Shown: positions 26,908 through 36,554 of the stretch, piece after piece | Layout: each line of letters begins with the position of its first letter | Position numbering within the stretch: position 1 is the first letter of the stretch | NCBI GenBank assembly: GCA_018509705.1 | Contig: GCA_018509705.1_3630.1 | Reading direction: 5' to 3' (one strand) | Source: a phage | Length of the DNA: 64,000 bases | Program-made: the position numbers and the translations under genes | The notes under the pieces: generated by a model | What the model was told of the DNA's origin: nothing | Database searches by the model: none | Seen by the model: only the letters and a program-made list of their open reading frames with translations

Positions 26908-27696
26908 ATGGGTCGAGCTAAAGAAACAAAACGCATGCGTGATGAAGCTAGAGAGGCTCGCAAATCTGATCGCCTGCGTAAGGCTGCTGAGAAATTTGCT
27001 GACGAACGAGAGCACACCGCTCCAGCTCTCCGACCGATGAATAAAAAGCAGCAAAAGTATCTTGATTATCTAGGGTCGCGTAAGATTATTATTGTAAACG
27101 GTGTGTTTGGATCCGGTAAGACATTCATGGCATCTGCATATGCAGGTGATCTTCTGCGTAAGAATGAGATTGATAAGATCATTGTTGCACGTCCTTATGT
27201 ACAGACCGGAAAATCAAGCGGATACAAACCGGGAACGTCAATGCAGAAGCTTTGGCCTTACCTTCGCAGTATGATGGACACTATTTGTCGTCGTGTTGGC
27301 AAAGGTGCTTTTGCCGCAATGCTGGGAGATGGTCAGAACAGCCGTATCGAGATTTGTGAAGTTGAAAGCATTCGTGGTCGTAGTTTCGATGAGCGATGCT
27401 TTGTCCTGATTGACGAGGCACAGCAAACTAACCCTGAAGAAATGTTGTCAATTATCACAAGGATCTCTGATCAGGCCACACTTGTAATTATGGGAGATAA
27501 TAGCCAACGCGACATCCCTGGTAAATCTGGCCTTGCATGGGTGACGGATTTCTTTACTCGTCATCCAGATCCTGAGGTTGGAATGATCAGCTTTGATAGT
27601 CCAGACGATGTCGTTCGTTCTGGGTTGGGTCGTCAGATTGCACTCAATCTTATTGAGGATCGTGCAAATCATATTTGGACCCCTGTTTCCGAGTAA
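26908..27696 (+). CDS. phoH: PhoH-like ATPase
   Basis: Walker A GVFGSGKT; 262 aa. Confidence 0.8.
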   Translation: MGRAKETKRMRDEAREARKSDRLRKAAEKFADEREHTAPALRPMNKKQQKYLDYLGSRKIIIVNGVFGSGKTFMASAYAGDLLRKNEIDKIIVARPYVQTGKSSGYKPGTSMQKLWPYLRSMMDTICRRVGKGAFAAMLGDGQNSRIEICEVESIRGRSFDERCFVLIDEAQQTNPEEMLSIITRISDQATLVIMGDNSQRDIPGKSGLAWVTDFFTRHPDPEVGMISFDSPDDVVRSGLGRQIALNLIEDRANHIWTPVSE

Positions 27697-27740
27697 TACA
27701 GAAGGGTGGTTATTCCACCCTTAAATGTCTAAAACAGTTG

Positions 27741-27769
27741 TTGACAAACAGGTGAGCTTTAGATACTAT
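27741..27769 (+). promoter_or_regulatory. Sigma70-type promoter (TTGACA-17-TACTAT)
   Basis: Read directly; lies inside the track ORF, implying a later start codon. Confidence 0.45.
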
Positions 27770-27799
27770 TATTGGACAAAACAAGGAGAAGGGCACAGT

Positions 27800-28111
27800 A
27801 TGGCTACAATACAAGAGAGACTGAATAAAATATACTGCCTGTTTGTCTATAACGGTGAGACAATTTTGGCAAATAAAGGATCCAAGAATGTGTGGACCAA
27901 GGATAGTGGTGGTAATATAATCAACTTAGCGTTGCTACGTGAGCGCCGACACAGATTCTTTACCGAGTCTCGGATTATTGAAAGCAGCACCTGCTACAGA
28001 ACAGGCGATAAAGTGATTGTTGACAATGATACGTGGTATGTGGTAGACTGGCAATCATTGAGCTGTGATGCTTCTGACAATCGTAAGTATTCCATAGTGA
28101 TTGCTAAATAA
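27800..28111 (+). CDS. Hypothetical protein
   Basis: Start reset to ATG 27800 with AAGGAGAAGGG RBS. Confidence 0.45.
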   Translation: MATIQERLNKIYCLFVYNGETILANKGSKNVWTKDSGGNIINLALLRERRHRFFTESRIIESSTCYRTGDKVIVDNDTWYVVDWQSLSCDASDNRKYSIVIAK

Positions 28112-28171
28112 AGGTAAATGTGAATCAGGTTTAAATAAACAGCTTTCAACTTCCAATATTAAGGATTTCTC

Positions 28172-29221
28172 ATGAATTTAACATATCGCAGCACCATGGT
28201 ACACGGCATGAAAGAAAAACAGAACGGTTTCGAACCTATGAGTAATAAAATGTTCGGTATGCCGGGTGGTATTATGGAAACATACAGCTACCCAACACCA
28301 GTTGTTGACCACGTTCTTTATATCGACGATTTGGAAGACTTACAAGATCATATGTCTCGTCTGCAGACGATCCGTATGGCTCAGCCGGAAGAAAGCATTC
28401 GGGTGATCATCAATAGCCCTGGGGGTTGCGTGCACATTGCAATGGCTTATCTGCAGGCATTCCGCGAGTCTCAGGCAAGCGTTGTTGCACATGCTGAAGG
28501 GATGTGCTGCTCTGCTGGAACAATCTTATGGCTTGGTTGCAAAGAACGTACTGTGGCTCCGGACACAGAATTTATGTTCCACTACTATCAAGGTGGCACT
28601 TATGGTAACGGTGTGAACATGAATACTCAGGTCAGCTACTGGAAAAAACGTTTTGAACGCCTGATCGAAAAATACTACGGTGGGGTGCTGACAGAAGATG
28701 AGATCGCATCCATCACAGCTGGCGGTGAAGTGTGGTTAGATGGAGAAGAGCTGGCATCTAGAACTGGTGCTATCATTCTGGACGATGAAAACATTCAGCG
28801 CATTCAGAATGGACAGAAACCGAAAAAGCTTTTGGCAAAAAGTGATGAAGAAGGTGTGCTAGGCGAAGCAGGCCTGCCAGAGATTCACCAATGCACATCT
28901 CTGGACGAGCTGGTTCATGCTGTTGAGTCTGCAAAAGCAAATGGTATGAAAGATGATGTTCACACTGTGTTCCTGAATCTGCAGATGGAAAGTGGCGAGA
29001 CCGTCCGGATCGCCCTGGGTGAAATTACTTCAGAAGATCTGCAGCGATTCTCTGTCGTCGAACTTCAGGATATTCTGTCTCAATTGAAGACTACTCTGAA
29101 CGGCGGTGAAGAGGTTAAGGTGAAAGACAAGACCCGCAAGCGTCTGATGGACAATATCATTAAAACAGCAAAAGAGCTCAATGAAAAAATCCTGGGTGCA
29201 GGAATTGTCGAAGAAGCTTAA
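28172..29221 (+). CDS. ClpP-like serine protease with C-terminal extension
   Basis: VIINSPGG, GMCCSAG (Ser), FMFHYYQGG (His) resemble ClpP; about 150 aa of extra acidic/coiled C-terminal sequence. Confidence 0.6.
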   Translation: MNLTYRSTMVHGMKEKQNGFEPMSNKMFGMPGGIMETYSYPTPVVDHVLYIDDLEDLQDHMSRLQTIRMAQPEESIRVIINSPGGCVHIAMAYLQAFRESQASVVAHAEGMCCSAGTILWLGCKERTVAPDTEFMFHYYQGGTYGNGVNMNTQVSYWKKRFERLIEKYYGGVLTEDEIASITAGGEVWLDGEELASRTGAIILDDENIQRIQNGQKPKKLLAKSDEEGVLGEAGLPEIHQCTSLDELVHAVESAKANGMKDDVHTVFLNLQMESGETVRIALGEITSEDLQRFSVVELQDILSQLKTTLNGGEEVKVKDKTRKRLMDNIIKTAKELNEKILGAGIVEEA

Positions 29222-29233
29222 ACATTAATTCTA

Positions 29234-29257
29234 AAGCCCTCTTCGGAGGGCTTTTAT
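29234..29257 (+). terminator. Rho-independent terminator
   Basis: AAGCCCTCTTCGGAGGGCTT hairpin plus T-tract. Confidence 0.6.
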
Positions 29258-29272
29258 GATCTGGAGATTTGC

Positions 29273-29806
29273 ATGACTTGTGCTAGAAAACCTGATGAAC
29301 AACGTAACGCATACGATGAGTATGTGACACCGGAGTGGTGTGCAGAAGGGCTGTATGACCTTATTCCGTTCCCAGAGGGCTGGACCTACTTAGAGCCTTG
29401 CAGGAATAGTGCCTCAGGTGTGTTCTACTCCCGTATGCCGTTAGGATCTGCATGGGGAGAAATCCAAGAAGGTGTTGACTATCTGAATACAGAATACAAC
29501 CATGTTGACTGTATTATCACCAACCCACCATACAGTTTGGCTCGTGAGTTTGTAGACAAGGCGTTGAAAGATGCTGACGTAGTTATTATGCTTTTGCGTC
29601 TTAATTTTCTGGAAAGCAAAGCCAGATTTGAATGGTGGCTTGATAATGCACCTACCACTGTGATCACAATATCTAAGCGTCCATCTTTTCAATCAAATGG
29701 CAGAACTGACGGGCAAGCATATGCATATTTTGTGTGGGATAAGAAAAACCGTTTAGGCTTGCCGCCATTTATGTGGTTGGCACCACCAGAGGTAGACCTG
29801 AAATGA
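29273..29806 (+). CDS. Small DNA methyltransferase (NPPY motif)
   Basis: ITNPPYSL catalytic motif IV; 177 aa. Confidence 0.65.
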   Translation: MTCARKPDEQRNAYDEYVTPEWCAEGLYDLIPFPEGWTYLEPCRNSASGVFYSRMPLGSAWGEIQEGVDYLNTEYNHVDCIITNPPYSLAREFVDKALKDADVVIMLLRLNFLESKARFEWWLDNAPTTVITISKRPSFQSNGRTDGQAYAYFVWDKKNRLGLPPFMWLAPPEVDLK

Positions 29807-30087
29807 AAATGAGTGCTAAGGACAAATTACACCAGTTAGCGCTAAAACGTCCTGTAACGCTCCCTGACGAGCTTAACTCCATTTATGATGCGATTGTAGG
29901 GGAGATACAAAATAAAGCGTTAGCAGGCTTTCTGGGGTGCGGATTTTCGATAAATCTACCCTCGCATCTCTCAGATTACTTCCCGCACATTGTTGGAGAT
30001 TTAAGGGCAGGAGGTCTGCAGGTAGATGTTGTTGGCATCTCCCCAGAGAAAAATAATACGGTTGCCTACTTGACAGTAACCTGGTAG
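29803..30087 (+). CDS. Hypothetical protein
   Basis: ATGA overlap with methyltransferase stop. Confidence 0.4.
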   Translation: MKMSAKDKLHQLALKRPVTLPDELNSIYDAIVGEIQNKALAGFLGCGFSINLPSHLSDYFPHIVGDLRAGGLQVDVVGISPEKNNTVAYLTVTW

Positions 30088-30124
30088 TTGTGTATTGTTG
30101 TTTTCAACAAGAGGGGGGTCATTT

Positions 30125-30364
30125 ATGTACAAGTCATTTTCAATCTACTCAAGACAGGCGAAACACTACACAGAGATCCTGATCACTCAGAAAAAATCTG
30201 TGGAAGGTGAGTGGGAATATCACCATAAAATGTTGCGTCCAGACTGGGTTTTTGATAGACTTATTGCTATGATCCCTCTCGGAGAAGTATACCCTCTGAC
30301 AGCCCATCGCGATGCTTGGGATTTAATTGATTACATAGATTCATTTAAGGAGCCTAGATTATGA
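30125..30364 (+). CDS. Hypothetical protein
   Basis: Internal ATG with GAGGGGGG RBS. Confidence 0.4.
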   Translation: MYKSFSIYSRQAKHYTEILITQKKSVEGEWEYHHKMLRPDWVFDRLIAMIPLGEVYPLTAHRDAWDLIDYIDSFKEPRL

Positions 30365-30762
30365 AGATTGAGATTACTAAAGAAGGTAAGAAAGTGTCCG
30401 GCAACTATGCAACAGTAATTCGGGATTTAATGTTTGAAGCCACCAAGATCGGTACATCTAAAGTTGGTCAAACTGTTAGTGTGCAAAGTAATATCGCCAC
30501 AGGAGAGAAGGTATTCATTGTGGTCAAAGGGCAGGATCCTGTGGAAGGAACAGTGGGCCGAGGAGGTTACCTGTGCATTTCTGAAGAGCCTCGTATGCTA
30601 GTGGCTGACTCCGCTACTATAGGTGGGAAACGTGTGTGCGAGGCGGATGAGGTAATGATTATCCAGCCTGTTGACCCAGATGATCCAGCAACTTGGATGG
30701 TAGGAAATGAAATCTTCTCTTTAGAAGAGTTATCCTTCCCAGCCCCGCGCTCTGTTCAGTAA
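30361..30762 (+). CDS. Hypothetical protein (MKIEI-start small protein)
   Basis: 133-aa ORF; N-terminus similar to family A paralogs. Confidence 0.45.
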   Translation: MKIEITKEGKKVSGNYATVIRDLMFEATKIGTSKVGQTVSVQSNIATGEKVFIVVKGQDPVEGTVGRGGYLCISEEPRMLVADSATIGGKRVCEADEVMIIQPVDPDDPATWMVGNEIFSLEELSFPAPRSVQ

Positions 30763-30801
30763 TAATTTATCTTACCAGGGACGGTAGAAGCAGGAGGTAG
30801 C

Positions 30802-31035
30802 ATGAAAGTTAAATTTCTTACAGATTTAGGGTACCCTTCCTTGGTTGACTGTGTTGGTAAAATTGTGGAAGCAAAACGGCTATCTGCAAACGAGAATGTT
30901 GTCCTGGTTAAAGGGAAGGATTTACTAGCTGCAGGTGCAGAGTCTGGCAGGATCTCTCCTGATTATATGTATTACCTATCTTTAAGTAATCTGCCAGAGC
31001 GAGGCGGTAAAGGCCTTGAAGTTGTGGAGGAGTGA
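30802..31035 (+). CDS. Small paralog family A member
   Basis: MKVKFL start, DLLAAGA motif, ends LEVVEE; AGGAGG RBS. Confidence 0.55.
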   Translation: MKVKFLTDLGYPSLVDCVGKIVEAKRLSANENVVLVKGKDLLAAGAESGRISPDYMYYLSLSNLPERGGKGLEVVEE

Positions 31036-31565
31036 CAGGTATGCTTCTGATTAACTGGGAAGACCTCTATGGGGACAAAGACCCTGTTGCGTTTGTTGAT
31101 CGTAGGTGGAGATACACTGAAGAACAACTGGCGGCAAAAAATTTAACTGCAAAACGCAGAAAGATCATCCAGTGCAAGTACAAATACGCACAGTTTGCTG
31201 CAAAAGTGTCTCCACAAATCGAGAGCTTTGTGCTTAAATTGTATGACGAGTACCTCAAATTCAAATTGGATTTTGTACAGGTGTACCGTGCACAGGTACG
31301 ACCAGATACCAACATATGTAGATGGAAGGTTGTTTGTGACGGTAAAGATTTGCCGCTCAGCTTGACAATTGAGTGGCGTTATGGGTATCATGAGTGTGGT
31401 CTGTATGATATTTGGGATGTCATTGTAGATCCTGCTAAGCATCTGAACACAGAGGAGCTGGAATATATCAATAAGGTTATTCTCGATATGTTTTTCAGCT
31501 ACACCCATGAAAACTCTGAGAAAGAACGGGATAATTTTCTTGACACCCTCAGCTGCCATTTGTAG
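31032..31565 (+). CDS. Hypothetical protein
   Basis: 177-aa ORF. Confidence 0.45.
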   Translation: MTGMLLINWEDLYGDKDPVAFVDRRWRYTEEQLAAKNLTAKRRKIIQCKYKYAQFAAKVSPQIESFVLKLYDEYLKFKLDFVQVYRAQVRPDTNICRWKVVCDGKDLPLSLTIEWRYGYHECGLYDIWDVIVDPAKHLNTEELEYINKVILDMFFSYTHENSEKERDNFLDTLSCHL

Positions 31566-31568
31566 TAT
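31540..31568 (+). promoter_or_regulatory. Sigma70-type promoter (TTGACA-17-TAGTAT)
   Basis: Read directly at 3' end of upstream ORF. Confidence 0.55.
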
Positions 31569-31595
31569 ACAATTTAACCTACAAAGGGAGGACCA

Positions 31596-31832
31596 ATGAG
31601 TATAAATGTTGTGCTAATAGGTTACCTGGTAATGTCCGTTATAACAGCGGTATTCTTGACAGGTGTATGCATCGTGTCCAGACGAAGGGTGAAGTTTGAT
31701 GATTTTATCACCATCATCACTGCTGCACCTTTTTGGCCTGTTGTTATCTTCATCGTGATAATGTGCCTGGTTGATTACTACAAGAATATCCGTAAGGAGA
31801 AAAAGGAGGGTAGGGATGGAGACCGCACCTAA
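31596..31832 (+). CDS. Small membrane protein (two hydrophobic segments)
   Basis: Two hydrophobic stretches of about 20 aa each. Confidence 0.45.
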   Translation: MSINVVLIGYLVMSVITAVFLTGVCIVSRRRVKFDDFITIITAAPFWPVVIFIVIMCLVDYYKNIRKEKKEGRDGDRT

Positions 31833-31968
31833 AACTGTTTATACTGTTCTTAAAGAGATTGCGTTCTACGCAGATCTTAGCCAGGCACCTTTATGGGAAA
31901 AGAGCATGTATTTAAAATGGTGCGTTAATTTAGGGAGGCCTTCCAGTGTTTCAAGCCATGTTTATTGA
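31816..31968 (+). CDS. Hypothetical small protein
   Basis: ATG with AAAGGAGGG RBS inside track ORF 31771. Confidence 0.35.
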   Translation: METAPKTVYTVLKEIAFYADLSQAPLWEKSMYLKWCVNLGRPSSVSSHVY

Positions 31969-32051
31969 GATGCTATCTGGGGTATTGTTACTGGTAGCCA
32001 TCTTAGGTGGTGCAGTTCTGATGTATAACTATCTTGAAAAAGGAGACAGCA

Positions 32052-32237
32052 ATGGTAAAAAATAAATCTTTAGAGCAGGCTGAAAACCTTCTCCACGAGC
32101 TGGTAAAGGAGTGGAAAGTTGAATACTCAGATTTTAATGCACGAGAGGGTGAAGATTATTGGCCTACTGAGCGCTCCGAGGGTGAATGGTATCAAGATTT
32201 TATAGAGTGGTTATATCAGACGTGCGATGAGGGGTGA
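32052..32237 (+). CDS. Hypothetical protein
   Basis: ATG with AAAGGAGA RBS. Confidence 0.4.
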   Translation: MVKNKSLEQAENLLHELVKEWKVEYSDFNAREGEDYWPTERSEGEWYQDFIEWLYQTCDEG

Positions 32238-32707
32238 CGATGTTTGTTAAATATGTAAAAACGTGCCTCAACAGCCTTGGCAGAGAGCATTGGTACACCT
32301 TGCTTGAAAAAGGAGAAATTTTAACAAAATCTGGAAAGATAACTTTGATACCTCTTGATAGTAAAGGTAAAGACCCGTCACGACTTGTTATAGATGATTA
32401 CGTTACAGGTGTGACGTTCGAGGTCTCTGTGGAGAGGTTAATACGCAGAGCTGGCGGCCCTTATGACCGAAGAGAGTATGTTTTCGATTCCGTTACAGAG
32501 ATGGGGGAGCATCCGTCTTTAATGTTCAGGATGGTAATCAGAGATATGAGGTCATCTATAGATAGGATCGTAAAGGACATTAAGGAACCTTTTAGAGTAA
32601 AAGTTAAGAAGTTTTTCGATTCTAAGATTAACATACTCGCCGTTGCACTAGGTGTAGTTCAACTTCTGTTAATTTTGCACTATTTTGAACTACTATTTAA
32701 GTGGTAG
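32234..32707 (+). CDS. Hypothetical protein with C-terminal transmembrane segment
   Basis: 157-aa ORF, hydrophobic C-terminus. Confidence 0.45.
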   Translation: MTMFVKYVKTCLNSLGREHWYTLLEKGEILTKSGKITLIPLDSKGKDPSRLVIDDYVTGVTFEVSVERLIRRAGGPYDRREYVFDSVTEMGEHPSLMFRMVIRDMRSSIDRIVKDIKEPFRVKVKKFFDSKINILAVALGVVQLLLILHYFELLFKW

Positions 32708-32766
32708 TTGAGATATGGCACAAAGGATGTGCCATAGTGAAATAAACTAAGAAAGAGGTAGAGAGA

Positions 32767-33114
32767 ATGCCAAAGATTAAAACGTTATTACTGTGGGTAG
32801 CTGTTTTAGCTTTTATAGGGTACTGGACTTGGGAAACTGAATTAAAAGATATCGGATATACCAGTCTTGAGAGCAAGGCGTGCATTGGCATAACCGATGC
32901 GTTCAGGCAAAATGCTATGGATCACGAATGTGTTGATGCAGATATAGATGAGAAACTGTCTAAGGACAAAGATTTTTACCATGGGCATGCTTTACTTGAT
33001 AGTGGTGACACTGTAGAGTTCTGGTCGTGGTTTCGTGAAGATGGAACAATAAAAACAGCAGTAAAGATCTCTAACAAAGAGTTAATGCTGTTGCAGCAAA
33101 AGGAGGCTCAATGA
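32767..33114 (+). CDS. Hypothetical protein with N-terminal signal/TM segment
   Basis: Hydrophobic N-terminus LLLWVAVLAFIGYW. Confidence 0.45.
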   Translation: MPKIKTLLLWVAVLAFIGYWTWETELKDIGYTSLESKACIGITDAFRQNAMDHECVDADIDEKLSKDKDFYHGHALLDSGDTVEFWSWFREDGTIKTAVKISNKELMLLQQKEAQ

Positions 33115-33398
33115 TCTGGATATCCTATGCTGATGGCACCATGCTGTATACTGCAGGTACCAGATATGAAGTTCAGGAGAACGATAAAAAATTTATCGTA
33201 AAAACATTTGACAAGGACGACAACCTTTTGCTAGAATTGACTTCCAAAGTTGGAGAGGTATCCAATATCCAGTTGGATTGTGGTCATAAAGATAATCCAC
33301 TCAAAAAACCTGGAGTAGGTAAGGCTTCAGAAGAACGTCTGTCTCGTATTGCAGAAAGCGTTTCTCCCCAAAAATCTAAGAAGAGGACTAGAAAATGA
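33111..33398 (+). CDS. Hypothetical protein
   Basis: 95-aa ORF, stop/start overlap. Confidence 0.4.
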   Translation: MIWISYADGTMLYTAGTRYEVQENDKKFIVKTFDKDDNLLLELTSKVGEVSNIQLDCGHKDNPLKKPGVGKASEERLSRIAESVSPQKSKKRTRK

Positions 33399-33589
33399 AA
33401 AACTTACGTTTTAACACTTATTACTACAACACATTGAATGATTTGTATTATATTGTTCGAAGTAAAAGTCCTGAAACAGTCCTATTCTGCCGCGAACCTT
33501 TCAAAGGGGAGGAAGTAGAGTCTGAGATGAATGTTAGCCAGATCACCTCTTTGTTGCTCTCAGGCGCAATGGAAGAAGCAATATTCTAA
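33395..33589 (+). CDS. Hypothetical protein
   Basis: 64-aa ORF. Confidence 0.35.
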   Translation: MKNLRFNTYYYNTLNDLYYIVRSKSPETVLFCREPFKGEEVESEMNVSQITSLLLSGAMEEAIF

Positions 33590-33607
33590 ACCAGGCGGGA
33601 GGGTTTT

Positions 33608-33793
33608 ATGAAGCACTATTGCCTGTCTGGTAGAATGGGTGCAGATTGTGATTGGGTTTTCTTAAAACTTGTCAGCATTCGAGAGTTCATCCCAGAGGAA
33701 GAGCAAGAAAGCGAGCTGATGTCATGGATCAACCACTACGGTAACACTTTTCGGCATGTTAAGGTAGAAGAGTTGCCAAGCGAGGCTGATTGA
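33608..33793 (+). CDS. Hypothetical protein
   Basis: 61-aa ORF. Confidence 0.35.
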   Translation: MKHYCLSGRMGADCDWVFLKLVSIREFIPEEEQESELMSWINHYGNTFRHVKVEELPSEAD

Positions 33794-33795
33794 CT

Positions 33796-33885
33796 ATGAT
33801 TGCATCAATATTAACGTTTATGGGTGGCGTGGCATTCGGATTCATTGTTTGCCTGTTTATAGTGATTATGTCTATGCGAGGCTGA
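33796..33885 (+). CDS. Small hydrophobic peptide (29 aa)
   Basis: Hand-translated MIASILTFMGGVAFGFIVCLFIVIMSMRG; single TM helix. Confidence 0.35.
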   Translation: MIASILTFMGGVAFGFIVCLFIVIMSMRG

Positions 33886-33888
33886 ATT

Positions 33889-34185
33889 ATGAAACTTTTT
33901 GAGTGGTTTAAAAAGTTTAAATATAAAGCTGTAGCCATCGTGCCGTGGTCCATTCAGTGGGTTGATGAAGGTGGTCTACCGATACCTGGTGACAAAGATA
34001 CTGGGTACTGGATTATGATGGAGAACGGGTTTGGAAAGCGAAAGTATACGTGCACAAACTCTACTCGATCTGCACTTAATAGAGTACCTGGTTACAAACT
34101 TATGGTTGTGTGGAAAATGTCAGGCGTGCCTCCAGCCAATGCTCAATTTCTTACTGACAATCCGACCACGGTAGAGGGAGATTGA
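33889..34185 (+). CDS. Hypothetical protein
   Basis: 98-aa ORF. Confidence 0.4.
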   Translation: MKLFEWFKKFKYKAVAIVPWSIQWVDEGGLPIPGDKDTGYWIMMENGFGKRKYTCTNSTRSALNRVPGYKLMVVWKMSGVPPANAQFLTDNPTTVEGD

Positions 34186-34469
34186 TAATGAAAAAGATTA
34201 ACAGTAGTGAAGTAGAGTTTAAACTTGTCGGAAAAGGCACTTACTGGGAAGTTCGTCAAAAGGTATATTTGTTCGGTCTTATTCCCTACTGGTCTAAATT
34301 CTACTGGGGAGCTAACGAGTTGGGAAGATACGCCACCAAATCAATGGCACTTATTGGTATAGCAGAGTACATTGCAGCCCGAGACAGGGTTGGAACCACT
34401 TATTACTACACTGCTGACGATATTCGTAACAGTGTTTACGTCCCACAACCGCCTGAGGGAGACCGTTGA
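34182..34469 (+). CDS. Hypothetical protein
   Basis: 95-aa ORF. Confidence 0.4.
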   Translation: MIMKKINSSEVEFKLVGKGTYWEVRQKVYLFGLIPYWSKFYWGANELGRYATKSMALIGIAEYIAARDRVGTTYYYTADDIRNSVYVPQPPEGDR

Positions 34470-34693
34470 TGAAAGTTAAAGTTTTAGATTCAAGCTTCTA
34501 TATTGGTCAGGAGCCCTTAGTGGGGAAAGTGTTTACCGCTATCCCTAACGAAGATTATCCTGACCTTTTAAAAATAAAAGGTGCAGATCTTATTGCCGCT
34601 GGTGCATCTCAGGACTGCTTTGACAGTCAGTGGACCTACAACTTTGCCCTTGGTGAGGATGTAGAGATAGTGGAGGACGATCATGAAGGTTAA
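34469..34693 (+). CDS. Small paralog family A member
   Basis: MKVKVL start, DLIAAGA motif, VEIVED end. Confidence 0.55.
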   Translation: MKVKVLDSSFYIGQEPLVGKVFTAIPNEDYPDLLKIKGADLIAAGASQDCFDSQWTYNFALGEDVEIVEDDHEG

Positions 34694-34937
34694 AATTCTT
34701 GATTCTAACGTCTACTTGGGACAATCCTTCCTGAAGGGAAAGGTCGTTCCTGCGGTATACTTTGAAGGGTTGCCGTGGGATGATCCTGTGCGGCAACATC
34801 ACAGTTATGTAGGCCACAACGTGGTGTTTATCTTGGGATCAGACCTGATCGCTGCTGGTGCACCGGAATATTATTTCGGGGAAGAGTCCTATTATGCCTT
34901 TGGGGCAGGGTCAGATGCAGATATTGTAGAGCTGTGA
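34683..34937 (+). CDS. Small paralog family A member
   Basis: MKVKIL start, DLIAAGA motif, ADIVEL end. Confidence 0.55.
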   Translation: MKVKILDSNVYLGQSFLKGKVVPAVYFEGLPWDDPVRQHHSYVGHNVVFILGSDLIAAGAPEYYFGEESYYAFGAGSDADIVEL

Positions 34938-35348
34938 TTGGTAACCGTTGTGAAAAATAAACTGTTCAAAGTTACAATGAAAATTCGCGGAGCTTGGAGC
35001 GTAAAGCAAGGGCGTATCCCAGAATTTGAGAAAGACTTCTACGTAGTCTCCACCTCGGAGGAGGCTGCATGCTGGCAGGCTGGCTATGCCTATGCAAGAA
35101 CCTGGTACGAAGGATACCAGACCGGGGGATATGACGGAGAAATTATCAGCAAAGGTGTGGAAGAAATTAATGTGTTGACAAGTGAAAAAGTTTTTGTTAT
35201 AGTGCACCCAGATTCTAGAGTGAAGCATTACTGGAATGCCAGAACAAAAACTTGGACACCGTTTGCAGATTCTGCTACACCACTTTTAAACCAGAAAGCT
35301 CTTGACTCTGTCCCGAGCTATGGGGTTGTTGAAGAAAAGCTAAACTGA
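34938..35348 (+). CDS. Paralog family B member
   Basis: C-terminal HPDSRVKHYWNARTKTWTP resembles HPHSNIAYYWDVLNNEWTP of ORF 37155. Confidence 0.45.
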   Translation: MVTVVKNKLFKVTMKIRGAWSVKQGRIPEFEKDFYVVSTSEEAACWQAGYAYARTWYEGYQTGGYDGEIISKGVEEINVLTSEKVFVIVHPDSRVKHYWNARTKTWTPFADSATPLLNQKALDSVPSYGVVEEKLN

Positions 35349-35365
35349 AACGGTGAGGTACTAAC

Positions 35366-35656
35366 ATGATGGATTTAGTTCTAGACACTGATAACACCGG
35401 AGCGTTTAAAAAGGATGGTGTAACAAGCGTTGACCAATCATTCCCTGCCAAGATTGACTCAAAATGGACCTACAAGTTTGATGGAGAGATCTTCGCAAAT
35501 GATGAGAAGGTTGTAGATGCTGCAGCCATTTTGAACGCTCTAGGGTACGACCCTGTGAATTCTTTGATCAAGGATCCTGTTGAGTTTGCAGAGTATGTTC
35601 GAAAAATGGCAGATCTTGCTGTGGATATTTTAAAAACTATCGACAACAATCTGTAA
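35366..35656 (+). CDS. Hypothetical protein
   Basis: 96-aa ORF. Confidence 0.4.
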   Translation: MMDLVLDTDNTGAFKKDGVTSVDQSFPAKIDSKWTYKFDGEIFANDEKVVDAAAILNALGYDPVNSLIKDPVEFAEYVRKMADLAVDILKTIDNNL

Positions 35657-35662
35657 AAACTG

Positions 35663-35691
35663 TTGACACAACGCTTCAGATTTAGTATCAT
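35663..35691 (+). promoter_or_regulatory. Sigma70-type promoter (TTGACA, -10 TATCAT)
   Basis: Read directly; followed by a GC hairpin in the leader. Confidence 0.5.
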
Positions 35692-35738
35692 TGTTTTCAA
35701 AGAGGGTTTGGTTCCCTCTTCTTTAAAAGGAACACGTT

Positions 35739-36056
35739 ATGCAAATTGAAATCACTGGCAACGTAGAAATCACTGAAGGTATGGTGTCTTTCATTTCCCA
35801 CAAAATGTCTAAGCTGGAGCGTTTGCATCCCTCTGCCAACTATGCACGTGTGAGTGTAAAAGTTGAAAATGATCACCAGGAAGTTATGGCGTTCATTTTT
35901 GACAATTCTGGAAAAGAAGTTATTGCCAAAGCTAAAGGCAGTGATGCTTACGAGGCAACTGACCGTATGGTAGATGTTGCAGCACGTCAACTGGCTAAAT
36001 GCGGTGGAAAGAAAGGTAAGGGGAAAGGCAAAGTAAAGATTGACTTTAGAGAATGA
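35739..36056 (+). CDS. Hypothetical protein
   Basis: 105-aa ORF, Lys/Gly-rich C-terminus. Confidence 0.4.
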   Translation: MQIEITGNVEITEGMVSFISHKMSKLERLHPSANYARVSVKVENDHQEVMAFIFDNSGKEVIAKAKGSDAYEATDRMVDVAARQLAKCGGKKGKGKGKVKIDFRE

Positions 36057-36193
36057 GGTGCTACAATGGGTGTGATCAAGAAATTAGTCCCAAATGTAGA
36101 GATTGCATGCTTTGAAATTATGTTTGCAATCGCAGTTGTAGTTAATGTGTTAGGTTACGGCTATTAATATCAAATAATTGAGGAGACCTCTAA

Positions 36194-36463
36194 ATGAAAA
36201 TTAAATTATTCAAAACTGAGCTGGCAGACAAAAACTGTGGACTGGTTGAAGGTATGATTGTCGAAGCACAACCAGTTGACTATATGAAGGTGGTTCGTGA
36301 TGCCCTGGGTGAAGGTTTTGATCTGATGGAGCCAGCTCTGCGAGAAGATGTTATCGAGATGGCTAAAAAGCACACACCTGAAGGCATGGTGGTGTTTGTT
36401 GCACCGGGTAACGGAGAAGAGTTGATTGTAACTCCGGATGTGTATGAGATTGTAGAGGAATAA
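36194..36463 (+). CDS. Small paralog family A member
   Basis: MKIKLF start, YEIVEE end. Confidence 0.55.
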   Translation: MKIKLFKTELADKNCGLVEGMIVEAQPVDYMKVVRDALGEGFDLMEPALREDVIEMAKKHTPEGMVVFVAPGNGEELIVTPDVYEIVEE

Positions 36464-36554
36464 TCCTGCTTGGATTAGCATACTTCCTCGATAAGGAAGG
36501 TTTGTAATTATTTGTGGGAAAGGAATCCCAATCTCTTACCAGAGGTGATACTAT

